Position numbers and translations under genes: made by a program | Part shown: positions 39,520 to 54,000 of the stretch, in pieces | How positions within the stretch are numbered: position 1 is the first letter of the stretch | How the letters are laid out: each line of letters opens with the position of its first letter | The notes under the pieces: model-generated | Told to the model about the DNA's origin: nothing | What the model saw: only the letters and a program-made list of their open reading frames with translations | Databases searched by the model: none | Source: Phoronis australis | Lineage: Eukaryota; Animalia; Phoronida | Direction: 5' to 3' | DNA length: 64,000 bases | Assembly: GCA_002633005.1 (NCBI GenBank) | Contig: NMRA01000105.1 | Location: 784,010-848,009 of the forward strand

Positions 39520-40310
39520 TGACTTTTACTTAAATCCAGCAAAAAGGTTTCTCTTGAGGAGACGGCGAGGCCTTTTGGTTTTTGGACGGACTGTATGGAT
39601 TCTGCACCACCTGGAAGCCATTTTAAATATTTTGGGGCCCGCTTTTTGGCGTCTGCCACTCAATCCACCAAACCGCCAGGAGCCAGGATCATTACAAAAT
39701 TGATAGACGTGTTTCTGCTGAGAAGACCACGGCTGTCGATTTTCAGAAAAGTCCGACTATTTTGTTTGCGTCTGTGCTTGCATGTCGTTAACATTTTGCA
39801 GGATCTTTGTGAGATTTGATGAGTGTTTGCCTGTGATTGTGACATCTTTCGGGCGGATCTGATTATCGCTGAGCCCTCTAGTGGCAATTTTAACATTTGA
39901 CTCTGTACCGTCAGAGTTCCTTTACGGTTTTTCATGAAATTTGTCGAATTGGCTTCTATTATGGATGGATTCTACCAATTCTGAGTCAACTTGTGCCCAT
40001 TATGTTTTACGAATCTGTTTTTGTCGTTCGCCTCTTCATCAGTGAAATCGCTCAGACGATCATTGTGAAAATTGGCAGATGTGATGCTACAGCCAGGTGC
40101 ATGACGGCTGCCGTTGAGTTTCGGGCGGGTCCAACTACTGTATCAATATGCCTCGTAGTGGCAATTTGATTTTTTTTTGCATTTGCCTTTGTGTCTTAAA
40201 AGTTTCTTGACAAATTTTCATGAAATTTGGCATAAAAATATTATTGCTCATTGTATTAAGAAGATGACGATGTTTTCCATTTTCGGACGGATTCGAGTTA
40301 TATCGAAGTA
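39520..40310 (+). repeat. Diverged satellite-like array of about 150 bp units (family D)
   Basis: Recurrent ttcggrcggatcygacta...ctagtggcaattt...ttttcatgaaattt motif; the same family occurs at 49600-50790 (+) and 52200-52830 (-). Confidence 0.6.
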
Positions 40311-40319
40311 TGTGATTTT

Positions 40320-41440
40320 AAGTAAGATGAACCAGAATTCAAGGCACTTGGAATATTTTGGAGATTTGAACTTGCCGTTAGACTTACGGTTTATTTGTGG
40401 TGTCGCTCCCGGCAATATTGAGACCGTCAAGCTGACTAAGACTTATGCGGAATGGCAAGGAACATTCAATGTCAATTCGAATACTTTTCCATTTTACGAG
40501 CGTGTGCGTTTAGTGCGTCGTTCAAAAGAAGAAAAAACACCATTTTTCTGGGGTCTCACTGGTTCATACCAAAGTGCAGCTGCGGGTGAGGACACGGGGC
40601 AACGGGGGGAGGGCTCTGCTTTTTCCCAAAAATTGTCTTTTTGGCATACTTTTGGAAAGATGCAGCAAACTCGTAACTGGGGACCTCGTCATCATTCACT
40701 CTCAAGCACATTTCGTTCCCCTGTCTGTTAGTCGCCAGTCTTTGTCTGCAGTGCTAGAGTGGAGTCGTGTTTCATAGACAACAGTGGGATACTTTTAGTA
40801 TAGAAAGTGTCGTGTCGATTCGTCGCGCCATCTTGTGTCGGCAATGTGTTCCGAATACCCGAGGAGATTTCGCAATCCACTTCGTAGAATAGTTTCCTCG
40901 AAAAAATATCGCAGATCGCCTGTAAATTATCACTTTCATGAATTTTGTGTGACCTGCCTTGCCCGATCACTGCTCGTCTCTACGCCACATGTCTTCAGTA
41001 ATTCTTGGCCAGAATATTTTCCACTTGAGGGCCTTTGTGTTGTGGGCTACAAGCTTCGGCTGGTACAACAGAGCTTGACAAAATGGTGGATACGCGCCAT
41101 AAGCAAACTAATGGAACTGCTGCTGAACAGACGATAGGATGCAGTGATTGGTTTTAACTAGTTAAAAACTTGCAGAAATCTTATACCTGATTAGGGCCCT
41201 ACTCATTCATGTTATTCATCTCTTTATTGTTTAATGCTGTTGATTACCTAAAGAAAATGTTGATTATAACCACATAAGTACATTTTGTGAATTTCTAAAA
41301 TTTGTCTTTGCCAGCGTAAATTTTAGTCTCATTTAAACTTGGCATGAGTCTTGTATGACGACGTGCCGGTTAATTATTATTTTCTCGGTATAGCTGACGT
41401 GTTATAAACACAGTTAAGTATCAATGAAAAAGAACTGCTA
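40320..41440 (+). pseudogene. Decayed MAO 3' fragment (end of exon 13, intron 13, exon 14, 3' UTR), most similar to paralog 1
   Basis: gatgaaccagaattcaag (DEPEFK) at 40326-40343 with the donor changed to GC. The following sequence aligns by eye with paralog 1 intron 13 (e.g. cgcgccatcttgtgtcggca, cctcgaaaaaatatcgcagatcgcctgt). [32 protein letters not shown] ends at 41137. The exon 14 acceptor and 5' part are degraded; UTR similarity runs to about 41440. Confidence 0.88.
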
Positions 41441-42084
41441 TGAACGAAAAAAACAAACATGATATATGAAAATGGAAGTACTCAGGCAACGGACTGTTCG
41501 GAGAGAAACTGCAAATTTTTCTCTATGTCACAAATGAAACCATTTACTTTCTTTTTTGTCATTTCGCTCACATAAAGGTGAGTTAAAATTGCTTTACAAT
41601 TTAAAGCATAGCTATAACGGACTCAGTCGCGCTTCTGTGAGCGATGAACTTTCTGTAGATAATTCAATAAGAATGTTATCAATATTTGCCACTATTATGA
41701 CGCGATTTGGACCCAAAAATAGGAATTTAAATAAATCCAGTCACATCATATTTTCCAAACTTTTGCATGTCTTGGAATTTTTCTCGGTTCAGGTGAAACC
41801 TGTCCTTTTTGCAGTACTCGATCTTGCAGGGAGTTCACTTGTTCATTTACGCTAACGAACCCATCGTCAGATATTGTCAAAAAAAGCAAAACAAGCCTGA
41901 GTTGACCTATGTGACTTCCGATAGCGACTGTAGCAATCCTACCGACAAGAACAAAGAATCTTCATCAATTTAACGTTTCCCCGACACGATAATATATTCA
42001 CATACCGTCAGGACGACCAGGTCACGGCTAAACAGTACAGGGGCGTGATACGTAGCTTGGAAACAAACACGAAAGACTTACAGG

Positions 42085-45000
42085 ATGCAACAAGCGGATG
42101 TTGCTATCGTAGGAGCCGGCATAAGCGGTACGTTGAATGCTCATCGCACAAAATTATCAATTTTAGCATCTAAAGAGCAAAATCTAGTCTAGTAATCCCT
42201 AAAATCCCTAGCTTGGAATTGTCGCCAGTGCATTGGCCTCTGTAATTTTACGTCGACATTCGCCTTAAGTCTACATGACTAGGCCTACATAACTGACATA
42301 GCCTAAAGTAGTTATTGTATTTTGTGTGAAATGAGTAACTTCCGTTTCAGTTGGCAGCTGGATTTTACACTCACAAGCGTGTAAACGTGCAATTAAAATC
42401 CAGGGTTTTACAAGAAGCAGCAGTTATGAGGTGACCTCGACTGTACCCGACACCGACAATCGTCGTTTTCTCCTAGTCTGAATATGCGGGCCGCGTGCTT
42501 AGTCTGTAACTAATTTTGATTTAGACCATTTTCGGTCCGTTTCTATGCTTAGAAGTGATCTATGGACTCACGAAGAGCTGACAGTTCGCTATTGCTTCAG
42601 ACCAAGCTTATACATGACATGAATGAGTCATTTTTCAGGGGTGGATCCAGGATTTTGAGTGGGGGGGGGTCGCAGAGTATTAGCCAGGATTTTGCCCGTT
42701 ATAAACATTCGCACCTTCGAACTGCCAAATGGAATCTGGAAATCTGGGAGAATTTTTTTGGATGGCATGGCCCGCTTGCCCCCCCCCCCTAAATCCGCCA
42801 CTGTTTTTACATTGAATACCCGTTTGGATCGAGTCATTATCTCATAACGACTGAGTGCAGACAGCTCATTTTCATCATAAAACACGTGGCTGTTCAGGGT
42901 GTAGAAAGTTTAGCGCGGACTGCTTTCGTAGGTCGATCATGCCGCTGAAATCAGTTTAACTTTGACGTGCGTCAAGAACCCAGTAAATCGACTTTTATAT
43001 GATTCGATCACCGATTTCAGTTACTCAGAGACTAATTTCATAACGGTGAGATGTTTACATCAACAGTGGGTTATAGTGATGGAAGGCGGTGTATAACCGC
43101 TCAACTGGCGAGTTACACTCTTTCACAGTGCTTACATGGGCGGCGCACCATAGGGAGCTGTGGGGCTTTAGCCCCACACATTTTTCAGTGCTGCGCCGCC
43201 CATGTGTTACGAAAGGTAGCACTGTTGAACGTTGTTTATCATGGCTCCTCATTGGTTAAAGTAATGAAACTGACGTCATAACATTCAGTCATTCCCAGTG
43301 GTTGAAATCTGGGAAACCCCTTTCAATTTACTGTTACGTAGTATGGCGACAACCTTTGACTTGAATAGTTGCAATTTATTAAAACGGGCAGTGATGGAAG
43401 TAAACAAAGTCAAGGGAGCCCCGATCCTGTGGCTTAAGCCCAAACAGTTACGGTGCACATAGAAGGCGTGTGCAAGTGGTGGCGATGTGATCGAAAAACT
43501 TCCGACCAAGCATGTGCATTGATGCCTATACACGAAATTCCGTGTGTCGTTCATCGTGTTCCACAGGGCGGCCACTTTTCAGTGTAGGTGGCGGTGTGTC
43601 AGAGGGCACTGGCGAGTTTGCGATTTTGTCCACGGAATGGGAGTAATCCGAAGGTGCACTAGTCCCAAGGTGCACTAGTCCCAAAGTGCACTAGTCCAAA
43701 AGTGCACTATTCCGAAAGTACACTAGTCCGCAGGCGTGCATGTTTCTCTGTATATGATTCTTCTTTACGTCATTTAATGGACGCGAAAAACAATTTCTAA
43801 AGATTTTCAAAAATGTTACTGCGTTTGCACTCGTGCGACATCGAAGATACTTTGCGCTGAATCGCAGAAGAAAATAAAGTGAATAATACTGTTGATCGTA
43901 AGTTATGGCTCATTGCAAAGTTTGAGTCACGAAGGGTGAATTTTGCCGTTTGCCAAAAACCTCCAATCGAGTCATTTTTAATGCAGCCATTGACTTGATT
44001 CTATAAATGGTTTCAGGGCGCATCAGCGAATTTCGCAAAATGATGACAAAAAATGCATATTAATATTGCTTGGCTATCGTTTAGTGAGATAGCAGCTTGT
44101 CATTCGTTTTTTATCTAGACTCTTCACACAACCGTAATGTTTCTTCTTGATTTCTTTCACTCAACCTTTTTCAATCAAACAGGGGGCGCACCATATCGAA
44201 CTGGGGGAAGGGAGGATATAGCCCCCACTTTTTTCAGTGCTGCACCGCCCATGGGCTATGGGTGATGCACCACAGTGGGGCTGGGGGCTATAACCCCCTG
44301 CACTTTTTTCGGTGCTGCGCCTCCCATGATCCACTTTTGTGTACTCTAATTATTCAGCATTTGGACACAGTGTTCTCAAGTTAAAACTGTTATTTTTACT
44401 GAAACTGTGCAAAATTGTTTTCAAGTCGTGTTGTGTGTAGGTCTTTCGTGTGCCAGACTCCTCGATAAGGAGGGTTTAAACGTGGTGGTGCTAGAAGCAC
44501 GTGACAGAGTCGGTGGACGAACATGGACCACATTCGACCCCTCCTATAAATACATCGACGTGGGAGCCTCGTACGTAGACATTACTCACAAGAGGATACT
44601 GCGACTGTCCAAAGAACTTGGAGTTGAAACGTGTAAGATTTACTCAGATGGACAAAGCGTTCACATGGACAGATATGTGAGTATGCTGTAGTTCACTACT
44701 GGCACGATTTCGCCATTATGGTTCAAAGCAAGCCGTGTTCGTCAGCTGGCGCAGGACGCCGGCGGTGGCCAGTGCTATTCAAAGTCGATGTAAAAAGACA
44801 AGAGAGCTGCTCTCCTAGAAAAGAAATATCGAGCAGCTAAAGCACGCGGGAAGAGTGGGTTTGCCTGCCTTCCGGAACTAGCGTGTACTTTTGATTGGTT
44901 TTAAGAGTAAATCTTTGAAAATCATATTTGGCGTTTTGAGGAATCCGGTCAACGCGAGTCTTAAAAAGAGAACCAAGGCGAATTCAAATGACATATGAGC

Positions 45001-48000
45001 TATACAAACACAAATTAAACTTGCTTTCCCGACCTTCCAAATCCGTTAAATGGACGTTGAATAACACCAAAGTATCGCAAAACGGTTTCTGACTCGGTTC
45101 AGGCTGCACTCGTTTCACACTTGGCACCAACAAGCATATTTTAACCTTTATATCATATAACAAGCTCCTTCTGATGACTAAGTTCATGGTACATACATGT
45201 CTGAGAACGAGCCCAACGAGGGTGAAGTCGGAGGGGGGGGGGTTGATCACTTCTTAATTATTTTACGAGATCACGGTATCCATTTTAGTTAGAATATTTG
45301 TCGAATAATTGGGAGGGTTTCAGTCCTGTCAGCATGTTCATTTCGAAACAATTAAGGATTTGCTACATAGTACAAGTTAGGACCTACCGAACCACTGTCC
45401 AGCTCAAAACCGGAACTGCGTAGCGTTTCAATCTTTTGTTAGTATAATTTGTCACTGCCGTAAACAGAAGCAAAAACATTTTGTCAACACAGGTCAATGT
45501 GCAGCCTTACTAAATTCTGATTACCAGCAGATATTTTGCAAATGATCAGCCTGACCTGCGGACATGTTTAGTCAAAGCACTGTTCCAAAGAGGTCCAAGA
45601 CAAGAAGTATCGTACTTAAATTAGTTGTTTAATTCATTATCTGTTAACATAAGTCCTTCAACAAGGCACAACTGGTCATAATGTTCGGGTTATGGGTAAT
45701 GTACCCGTCTTTTCGTTTCCAAACGAATTTGGGTCAATTTTTAAAACACCTTGGATAGCATTTCAAGCATTACGTGTTTTATCATTGCTTTGAACGCAAT
45801 TAAATTAAATTAAATTAAATTAAATGTCTGTTCTTGTATTAACAGTATTTCAGTGTACTGTAACATCCTAATCTATATTAGCCACAGATTATACAAATCT
45901 ATTTTTATCCAGGGTAAGATCACTCGTTGGTCGGGCACTCCACATTCATGGAACCCATTCGTCACCATGGACATAATTAACTTCAAGAGAAAATTCGACG
46001 AAATGGCAGGCGAGGTAAGCAAACGTATTCTTAGCGTAGCACGTGCTGCGGAAGTGGTGAAAGTACCAGACATTAACAGAGGTCATGACGTCCAATGAAG
46101 TCTCTGAAACTTTACGGTAGTTAAATGGTGCCACACTTATAAAACTTTCACTTGTAACATCCTCGTTTGCTAGCGCATGATGGTATGTAGGTCTAGTTCC
46201 TTATTCTCATCCGAGGCATTTATTGAACCTTAGAAAATCTTCATTTACTGATCAATGTATAACTGACAGTGAAGGGCACAGCTAATGTCTTTACAACTCC
46301 TAGATCCCCGAAGATGCGCCCTGGTCCGCACCTCGTGCCAAAGAATGGGACAGCGTCACAATGGAGGAATGGATTAAGCGAAACTACTTTTTTGAGTATG
46401 TAGCCTAATGATTTTAGAAAAAAAAATCTTCCGTACATCCTGGTCTAGAGTCGACACTAAATAGCTTTATGAAATTTCTTCTGACTGTCATAACACATAA
46501 ATGCTCCATAGGTTTAGCAATTTTTCCAAGGGTGCAAGCCTGACTGGAATCTTGATGTAATCTCCACTGTTTAACAAGTTATCTACAACCGTGTTCTGCC
46601 TTCTCGCCTAGATAACATCTTTTGCGCAACGTAGACCTTTTGGGTTGTCCTATCATAGAACTCTTAACATTGGGTAATGCGCAATGCGTAGTTCGTTTGC
46701 GCTGCAAATCCGCTATTGCGTAACGCTAGGATCTCACTAAAATCTTGCCAAAATCACGTGTTCTTAAAATACACTGCTGTATCTCACGTAATTTCGCGAA
46801 GTCTTGCTTTTTGGTGAAGTCCTAAATTCCCTTAAATGCCAATTTCGACCTCGCGCTGCTGAAGTTGCGCCGCGCTTGCATGGCATTTGTTAGCATTCGT
46901 TTGTTCCAGTGTTGGAATTTACTATCATTAAAAATTTTCTCAAGTAAAAACATGAAAATGAAAACAACGCAATATAATTAGGCTTGATTTGATTTGATAA
47001 CTACAACACTAGATCATTACTGCCGGAAATTTTTAGTGCAAACTCTCGGGGCTAGTTTCGGGGTCACAAGCTCAATAGAATAAATCGGCCACATGCGGGT
47101 CAGTTTGGATTCCAGGGCTAGTCTTCTATGTTCAAGATGTATTTGGTTCCTACCCACTGAGTTCACAAAAGAAAGCTCTGAAAATTCAGTGCATTCAATG
47201 TGGAATTCAGACGTGTTTGACAGGAAATGTACGCGGGTTAGCGCTGAACTCCATGTGCAGTATGATGTATTTGAATCAGCACAAGAGACTGTGTTCGGGA
47301 TTTCAGGTTGGCCACGGAACATCCAGTAAATTGAAATTTTACGAGGAACGTTTATCTTCTGTTGTAGAGAAAGTCGGGAGTTCCTCCGTCTGTTCGTTCG
47401 TCTCAATAAGACCGTTGAAGCTTGCGAGATTTCACTCCTCTGTATGTTATGGTACGTGAGACAGAGCCAGGGAACTACTCATCTCTTATTGACTGACAGT
47501 GGCGAGGACTGGGTACGTGAGAATCACACGACTTGTCATGGCAGACGACGATACTACCCTTTTCGAATGTGTATGCGACAATCTAGGTTTAACAAACCAG
47601 TCACGATTTTCGCAGATTTTTGCATTGTATTTTAATGAGTAATGCGATGTAAAGTAGTCATATTGAAACAAAATTTAGGTCTGAAATGTACACTATATAT
47701 TCTTAGATGATATCAGAAACTGAAGTCAAAATCAATTACCAATTACCTGTGTACGGCGAACTCGTCACTTACGCCGGAATATGTCATTAGTTGCAGCTGG
47801 GCTGCTATCGAGTTGGAAAACGTTCCAAATCTCCCGCTTTTGACGGGCTGTCCCGCTAAAATTTGAAGGTTTTTACCACTTCCTGTATCAAATGCGGCGA
47901 TAATGGTGTTTTATTATATATTTCTCATGTGATTTTCCACACGATTTACCCCCAATTTTAACGGCGTTCGAGTAAAAAACGCCATCGGAGCGTGTTTGGT

Positions 48001-51000
48001 TCGTTGCGGTGGACATTTGACCCTTGCGTTTTGGTACAGGTGTCCCGTTTTAGACCCAAATGAACCCCGCTTTTTACTATCCAGTTATTCTGTTTTTTCA
48101 TTTTGAATTGTTGGCAACTATTAGTTGGTTTAGAAGTTTTGAGAGTGGATCTCGTAAAATGCTTCACACTGTGTATTAGAAGTCACTATCGTCAACTGTA
48201 CTTCCCAAAAACATAATCTATGGTTACAGACTCAAAAAATCCGAAAACCCAGAACTGAAAAAATGACTATTTATGTGGCGAGGTAAAATATAACACCTTT
48301 TATGAAATTTTATGTTTTTAATGACGACTTCGTATTAATCCTTACAATTCAAGTTGGCAGTACACTGTACAGGTTGCGGCAGTTGATATGTCAGTACTTG
48401 GCATTTATTTGCCTTACAACTGCTGTTGAGAAACAACCCATGTTGTTCGAATATTTCGCATTTCTTTTTTAAATTATTAATTAGTATTCCAAGAACAGGA
48501 TTCCGTTTTACGTACCTTCTAGCTGTGCTTTTGTTTTGGTATTAAACGTATCATTTTACGTGCTAAATGCCCATTCTTTTCATTCGTTATGAGGAACGTA
48601 CATTTGTGGGAGGAGCCAACCAAATTGCTATCAAAATGGCCGACGAACTGGGCGGTAAGTACAATTACGACGAAAAATGCAGTGCATTTCTTTTTGCACT
48701 CAACATCGAGGTATCAAAGTTATTTTCGAGGCTCTTATTGTCGCCCAGCTTACATTATGTGTAGTGTGATAATATTTTTCACAACAGAGGGGTGTTGAAT
48801 ATTTGTCAATGTTCTAGATAAAGTCTAAATTTTCTACTTTGGGTTCATAAGGACTGGGAAACTCAGACTGATGACCACAGTTCAAATGTACAGCTAATTA
48901 CGGACTGCCTATATGATTATTTCTTCACGGTGGACAAGGGGTCATTCTTGTTGTCCGATTCTACCTATTCAAATCATGTATTATTGTGACACGCCCTCTT
49001 ACAGTAAGGTACAAGTAAATTGAAAGTGTTTTAATTTCTTCTTGTGTTAAATAAACTTTTTCGCCTTGTTCCTAAACAAAGCGACTAAGAAATGCAGCAC
49101 AGATAGTTCCAACTTCTCTATTTGAAAACTGGTTATTAGATTTTTTAGCTAGAGTTGTTTAATCCCAGAATTGTTCTTAACAAGTTAGATTTGGTGTAAT
49201 TTTTTCATGACAAAAACTCATTGTTCTTTTTTTGAAAGTCAGACTGGATGGTTACTCATTTGCATCGCAGTTGTTGTTGAGTTAACTGTTCGAGCTTGGC
49301 TTGCTTGAACCGATTGTCGAATGATGATTACCGCATGTTGCAGAGAAAGTACGTCTCAGTAGTCCTGTTAAAGGGATCAGACAGTCAGGTTCACAGGTTA
49401 TCATAGAAACCCTGAATGGACAGGCATACGAGGTAAAATGGTTGTATAGAAATTTATATTTACTTCAGTGAACTGGGTAGAACGTTTTCATTAGTAGAAA
49501 ATCAAATTGTTTTCTCGATATAAAATAGGTCTGACGTTTGAAATCTTACGAGGACGTCTTCAATAAATTATCAAAGATAGATGAACCAGCCATTCATTTA
49601 TTGTGTATTGGGAGTTCCCTAAAGGATTTTCTTGAAATGCTTTCTGATTGGGAGACGTTTTTGGCGTCCGCCTTTCAATCCATCAAATTCTAAAAATGCT
49701 TGAAGGACCACTCTAAAATTGACAAATGTGTTCCTGCATGCCGAGAAGACTATGGCTGGTGTTGATTTTCGGACGAGCCCGACTACTGTAATGCCCCAAG
49801 TGGCAATTGCGATGTCTCTGGGGTCGAATTTTATATCCTTCACACCTTGCAAAACCTTTGTTATTCGGCAAGCGTTTCCTGTGATTGTGACAAAAGATGA
49901 CGGTTAGCTTTCGGACAGATCCAATGACCACTGTGCTCCCTAGTGGCAATTTCATTTTTCTACTCTTACCTCTATATCTTCGGAATTTTCACGAACTTGA
50001 ATTTGCCAGATAGGTTTCCGTTAAGAAGACGATCACATTTTCTTATTCCTAATTTATATATGGATTTGACATATTCTGCGTCACCAAGTGACTATTTTTA
50101 TTATTTATGGGTTTCAGTGGATTTTTGGCGTCCGCCACTCTCTTTTAAACCGCTCCAACCGAAGGAGCATTATAAACATTGGCAAATGGGCTCCTGCTAC
50201 GAAGATCGCGGTCGACGTTGATTTTCAGACGGGACCGACTACTGTAGCGTCCCCTAGAGGCAATCATGTTTCTCTTCAAGTTTGCGTTCACAGCTGTGGT
50301 ATCTCCTTAACCATTTTCAGAATCTTAACTTCAGTGCAAAATTTGGCAGATGTTTTTCTCAGTGGAATGTATAGCAACGAGTGACGTCGACTTCGGGCGG
50401 GATCTGACTATCCCTTTGTCCTTTAGTGGCAATTTTAGTTTTTTCTTAATGTTTATCTCTGTAGCTTCAGAGTTATTTGACAGAATTTCATTAAATTTCG
50501 CAATATCGTTTCTGTTTAGGAGTCGACAACACTTTTCCCTTGCCGTAACTGAAAGCGAACACAAGGGTGTATTCCCACGAACGTGACAACGATGACACCT
50601 TCTTTTAGACGGATCCGACTGCCGTTGTCCCTCGAAGTGGCAATTCTATTTTTACCTCTGTATTGGAGTTCTTGGACCGATTTTCGTGATATTTGGCAAA
50701 TAGATTCAGTGACTGAGACGACGAGGCCTTCCCATTTTCTTGCGGGTGCGACACAATCTGGTCTACCTAGTGGCCACTTTGATACTATAATGAACACCTT
50801 AGATGCACACCGTTTGCGATGCAGTAGTGGGCTCATTTGAACAATTCGCGTTGCTCTTGCCAGTAAGATATGGCCGACCCACAATCGTCGGAGTTTGGAA
50901 ATGTGTCTTTCCAGCTGTCGTCGTAGGAAAGTAAAAATATTTGGGGAGCACGTGCCACCTGCGGCCTTGTGGGTAATTGCTGAAATTAAACATTTTTTCT

Positions 51001-54000
51001 CCAGACATCCCACGTAATTGTCGCCATCCCGCCGGCCATTCAGTCAGCGATTCATTTTGATCCGCCATTCAACTCCAAACGGACACAGCTCATTCAGCGC
51101 ATTCCCATGGGAAGCTGTATAAAGTCGACCACTGTGTTCGCGAAACCATATTGGAGGAACAACGGTAAGTAGTTTAAAGGGACATTATTGTAGAATTTTC
51201 GGAAATCAGCCTCAACACAGAATGTACCCCAGTGATTGCAGCCAAACAATCTGCTGGAGGAGTACAGTGCTCTTGTCAAATGCTTATAACTTCAAGAAGT
51301 GTGTCCCATCCAAGAAAAACCTCACAAATAGCAGTGAAATCGCGATCCCTTTAATCCTATTCTGTGCATCAGCTGTGGCAGTTACAACGGCAATACTGCT
51401 TGCAATGCATTTTTTTGTAGAAAACTTCATTGTCTACTTGTTATCAGACCAGTAGCCAGAACTGCGCGAGGGGTAGCTCGAATTTCCAGAACAATGGACC
51501 TTTGATATTTTGCAAAAGTCGACCTTGGAAATCTTTTCCATCAAGTTTGTTGCTGGTATGAACACGATGAAAGTCACAGGGATATTGCAATTTTCACAGT
51601 ACTTCCATATTTTTTATATTTATCTAAGATAGTTTGTAACTTGTTGATAACATCCTGAAGACACATTATGAAAAATTTGAACGAATTCGATTGCTCAATT
51701 GCTGGGAAATTACTTGTCAAAAGGTGGATCACTTTTTTGGGACACCTGATATAGTAAGGGATCGTTCAGATATTACGTCATCACTCGAGGGGGAAGGGGT
51801 TTGGAAAAGATGAAGTTTTATGAAAGGGGGCGGGGTTAGACTCATGGTGATGTCATCACCTGGTTTATTAGAATAATTCCATCACAGTACATTTCGTTGG
51901 GAAACTGATTCACTATTTAGCGAAACGGGGGCGCTCCGTTTCACACTTCCAAGACTTGATCATATTTTACTAGGCTTGTCTCATAAACAGACAAACGACA
52001 AGACAATTATATCATAACTGAGGGGGAGGGGCAAATTTTTGATGACATAATATGTTAAAACAGTGTTAGGAAACCGCAATGGCTTTAGGCAGACTTGGCT
52101 TGTCAACATCAATCGGTAAAATACACAAAATTAATGTAAACAAGAGCAGTGCGTAGCGTTGAGATGCACCAACGACTTCAGTGCAAACACCACGCTTTTA
52201 GCATCTTTAAAAATGGCCATTGGATGGCGCAGAATAAGTCGAAACCATGCCCCATTGGATAAGTGCTGTCATCTTCGTAATAGAAACTTGTTTGCCAAAT
52301 TTCATGAAAAAACGTCCAGGAATTCTGAAGATATAGAGGCAAAGATAAAAATTATTTGCCAATACTGAAGGAGCACACAGCTATCAAAAGTCGAGGGTAG
52401 CCATTGCCACATCTATAGGAAAACTTCTACAAACATCCTACAAAAAGAATCAGGAGCTACAAATATGGTCGCAAATAATAGGGATGCCACAGGTATCAGA
52501 CCCGTCCGAAAATCAACGTCCTCGGGTACATATCTGTCAATTTTCATCATTTGAGCAGTTTGGGGATAGGGAGACAGAAAAGCTAAGGAAACAAATTAAA
52601 TTGACACCAGGTGGCGCAGATTATCTCAAATCCATTCAAAAATGGCAAGGCATCGTCGTCCCATACATAGAAACATATTTGCTAAGTTCATAAAAATACG
52701 TCACAAAACTCCAAAGATACAGAGGGAAACATAAAAAACCAAAAGTGTCACTAGGGTGCAGTGCGATAGTCGGATCGGTCCGAAACTCGTTGTCTGCTGT
52801 CTGCATCAAAGAAAAATGTCTTTCAAATCGAATCCCGCGAAGAGAAAGTTACCGGATTGTCACAGCGCTATTTTTAGTCTGTATTACATGGGTTTATGTT
52901 TCGTCGATCGGATGACAATGTGACCTGCCTACTTGTGTAAAAACAAACAGATTTCATGACTAAGGGACATCTCAGAGAAATTTCTTACAGCCAAGTAAAA
53001 AACAAGAGAACTCACTTCACGACAGAGCAACACACTTGGTTAAATTTCACCAAGTAATAAGAATAAGCCAATTTTCTCGATCGGGAAATTTTCAAATCAT
53101 TCTAACATGGAATAAAAATTCACGAAAATGAGATTAAGTATTAATTTTATTGAATTTGCTGCATCTATACGTGACATATGCAGGTTTCATCTTAAAAGAT
53201 GGTCTGCCAATAACAATATCAAACATGGATTTCGATATACATATCATAAAACTATTATTTCAGTTAGCAGCAGCGGCCATCGCTTTCTATCGATATCGGT
53301 ATGTATAATGATGTGAGAACGTTAGAATAGAACTTGGTTTCGGTCATTGCGTGCCAATCTCGCTCAGATAACCAGTTCTTCGTGACGCCAACTATCTGTG
53401 GGTCCACCATTCAGGTCGTGTTCAACGCGTGTCCGACTCGCTTTGTTGGATAATACTAGTCGGACTTTACTGGATTGTCCTTGTAGCCTACGCTCCGCTG
53501 CGTCTTTTCTCTAAAGGTATTCATCTTACGGTCCTGTCCGGCTTACGGAGTAGGCGTCCATCTTACAAAGGCTGGTAAGCGTCTCTAGTTGATGAGTTCC
53601 TGAAACTTGCTTTGATCGACCTAAATAAACCACTCATGAACCGTGTCCTTCTCGCCCCATGGATGTCTTCCAGTAAAATTTGCATGCTTACAAAAGGATG
53701 TCGTCTTTATTCCAATACCATGTCGTCCAGACGGGTGCATGTCTTTCTTGACCTGCCCATCTCGCATACAAAGTGTACAATCATCCGAAATTTTCATAGA
53801 CGTGTAATGGTAGGAGCTTCCTCTTCTCCATTTTCTAAGATCGATTGTCGTCCATAAAGCTCTAACAATGCACAATTTGATTCGTGGTCGCCATCTTTTG
53901 TGTGTGTGTCCATCTCGCATGTAGAAAGGAAGGTTTCTGCGTCAGAGGAACCTTTTACGATTGTGTCTGACTTGAAGAGCCCTTAGACGCGTGCCTATCT

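Noticed and set aside
40177-40731. 184-aa ORF
   Set aside because: Runs across a satellite unit, the MAO pseudo-exon (out of frame), intron remnant and a MITE; not a gene.
40835-41137. Alternative last exon for MAO1 or the ligase
   Set aside because: Acceptor lost and 5' half disrupted by indels; best explained as a pseudogene remnant.
43648-43730. Short regular repeats as a CRISPR array
   Set aside because: Contiguous 16-mers without spacers, eukaryotic context, no cas genes.
49600-50790. Motif recurring about every 150 bp as a CRISPR-like array
   Set aside because: Intervening sequences are also related and the motif is degenerate; it is a diverged tandem repeat.
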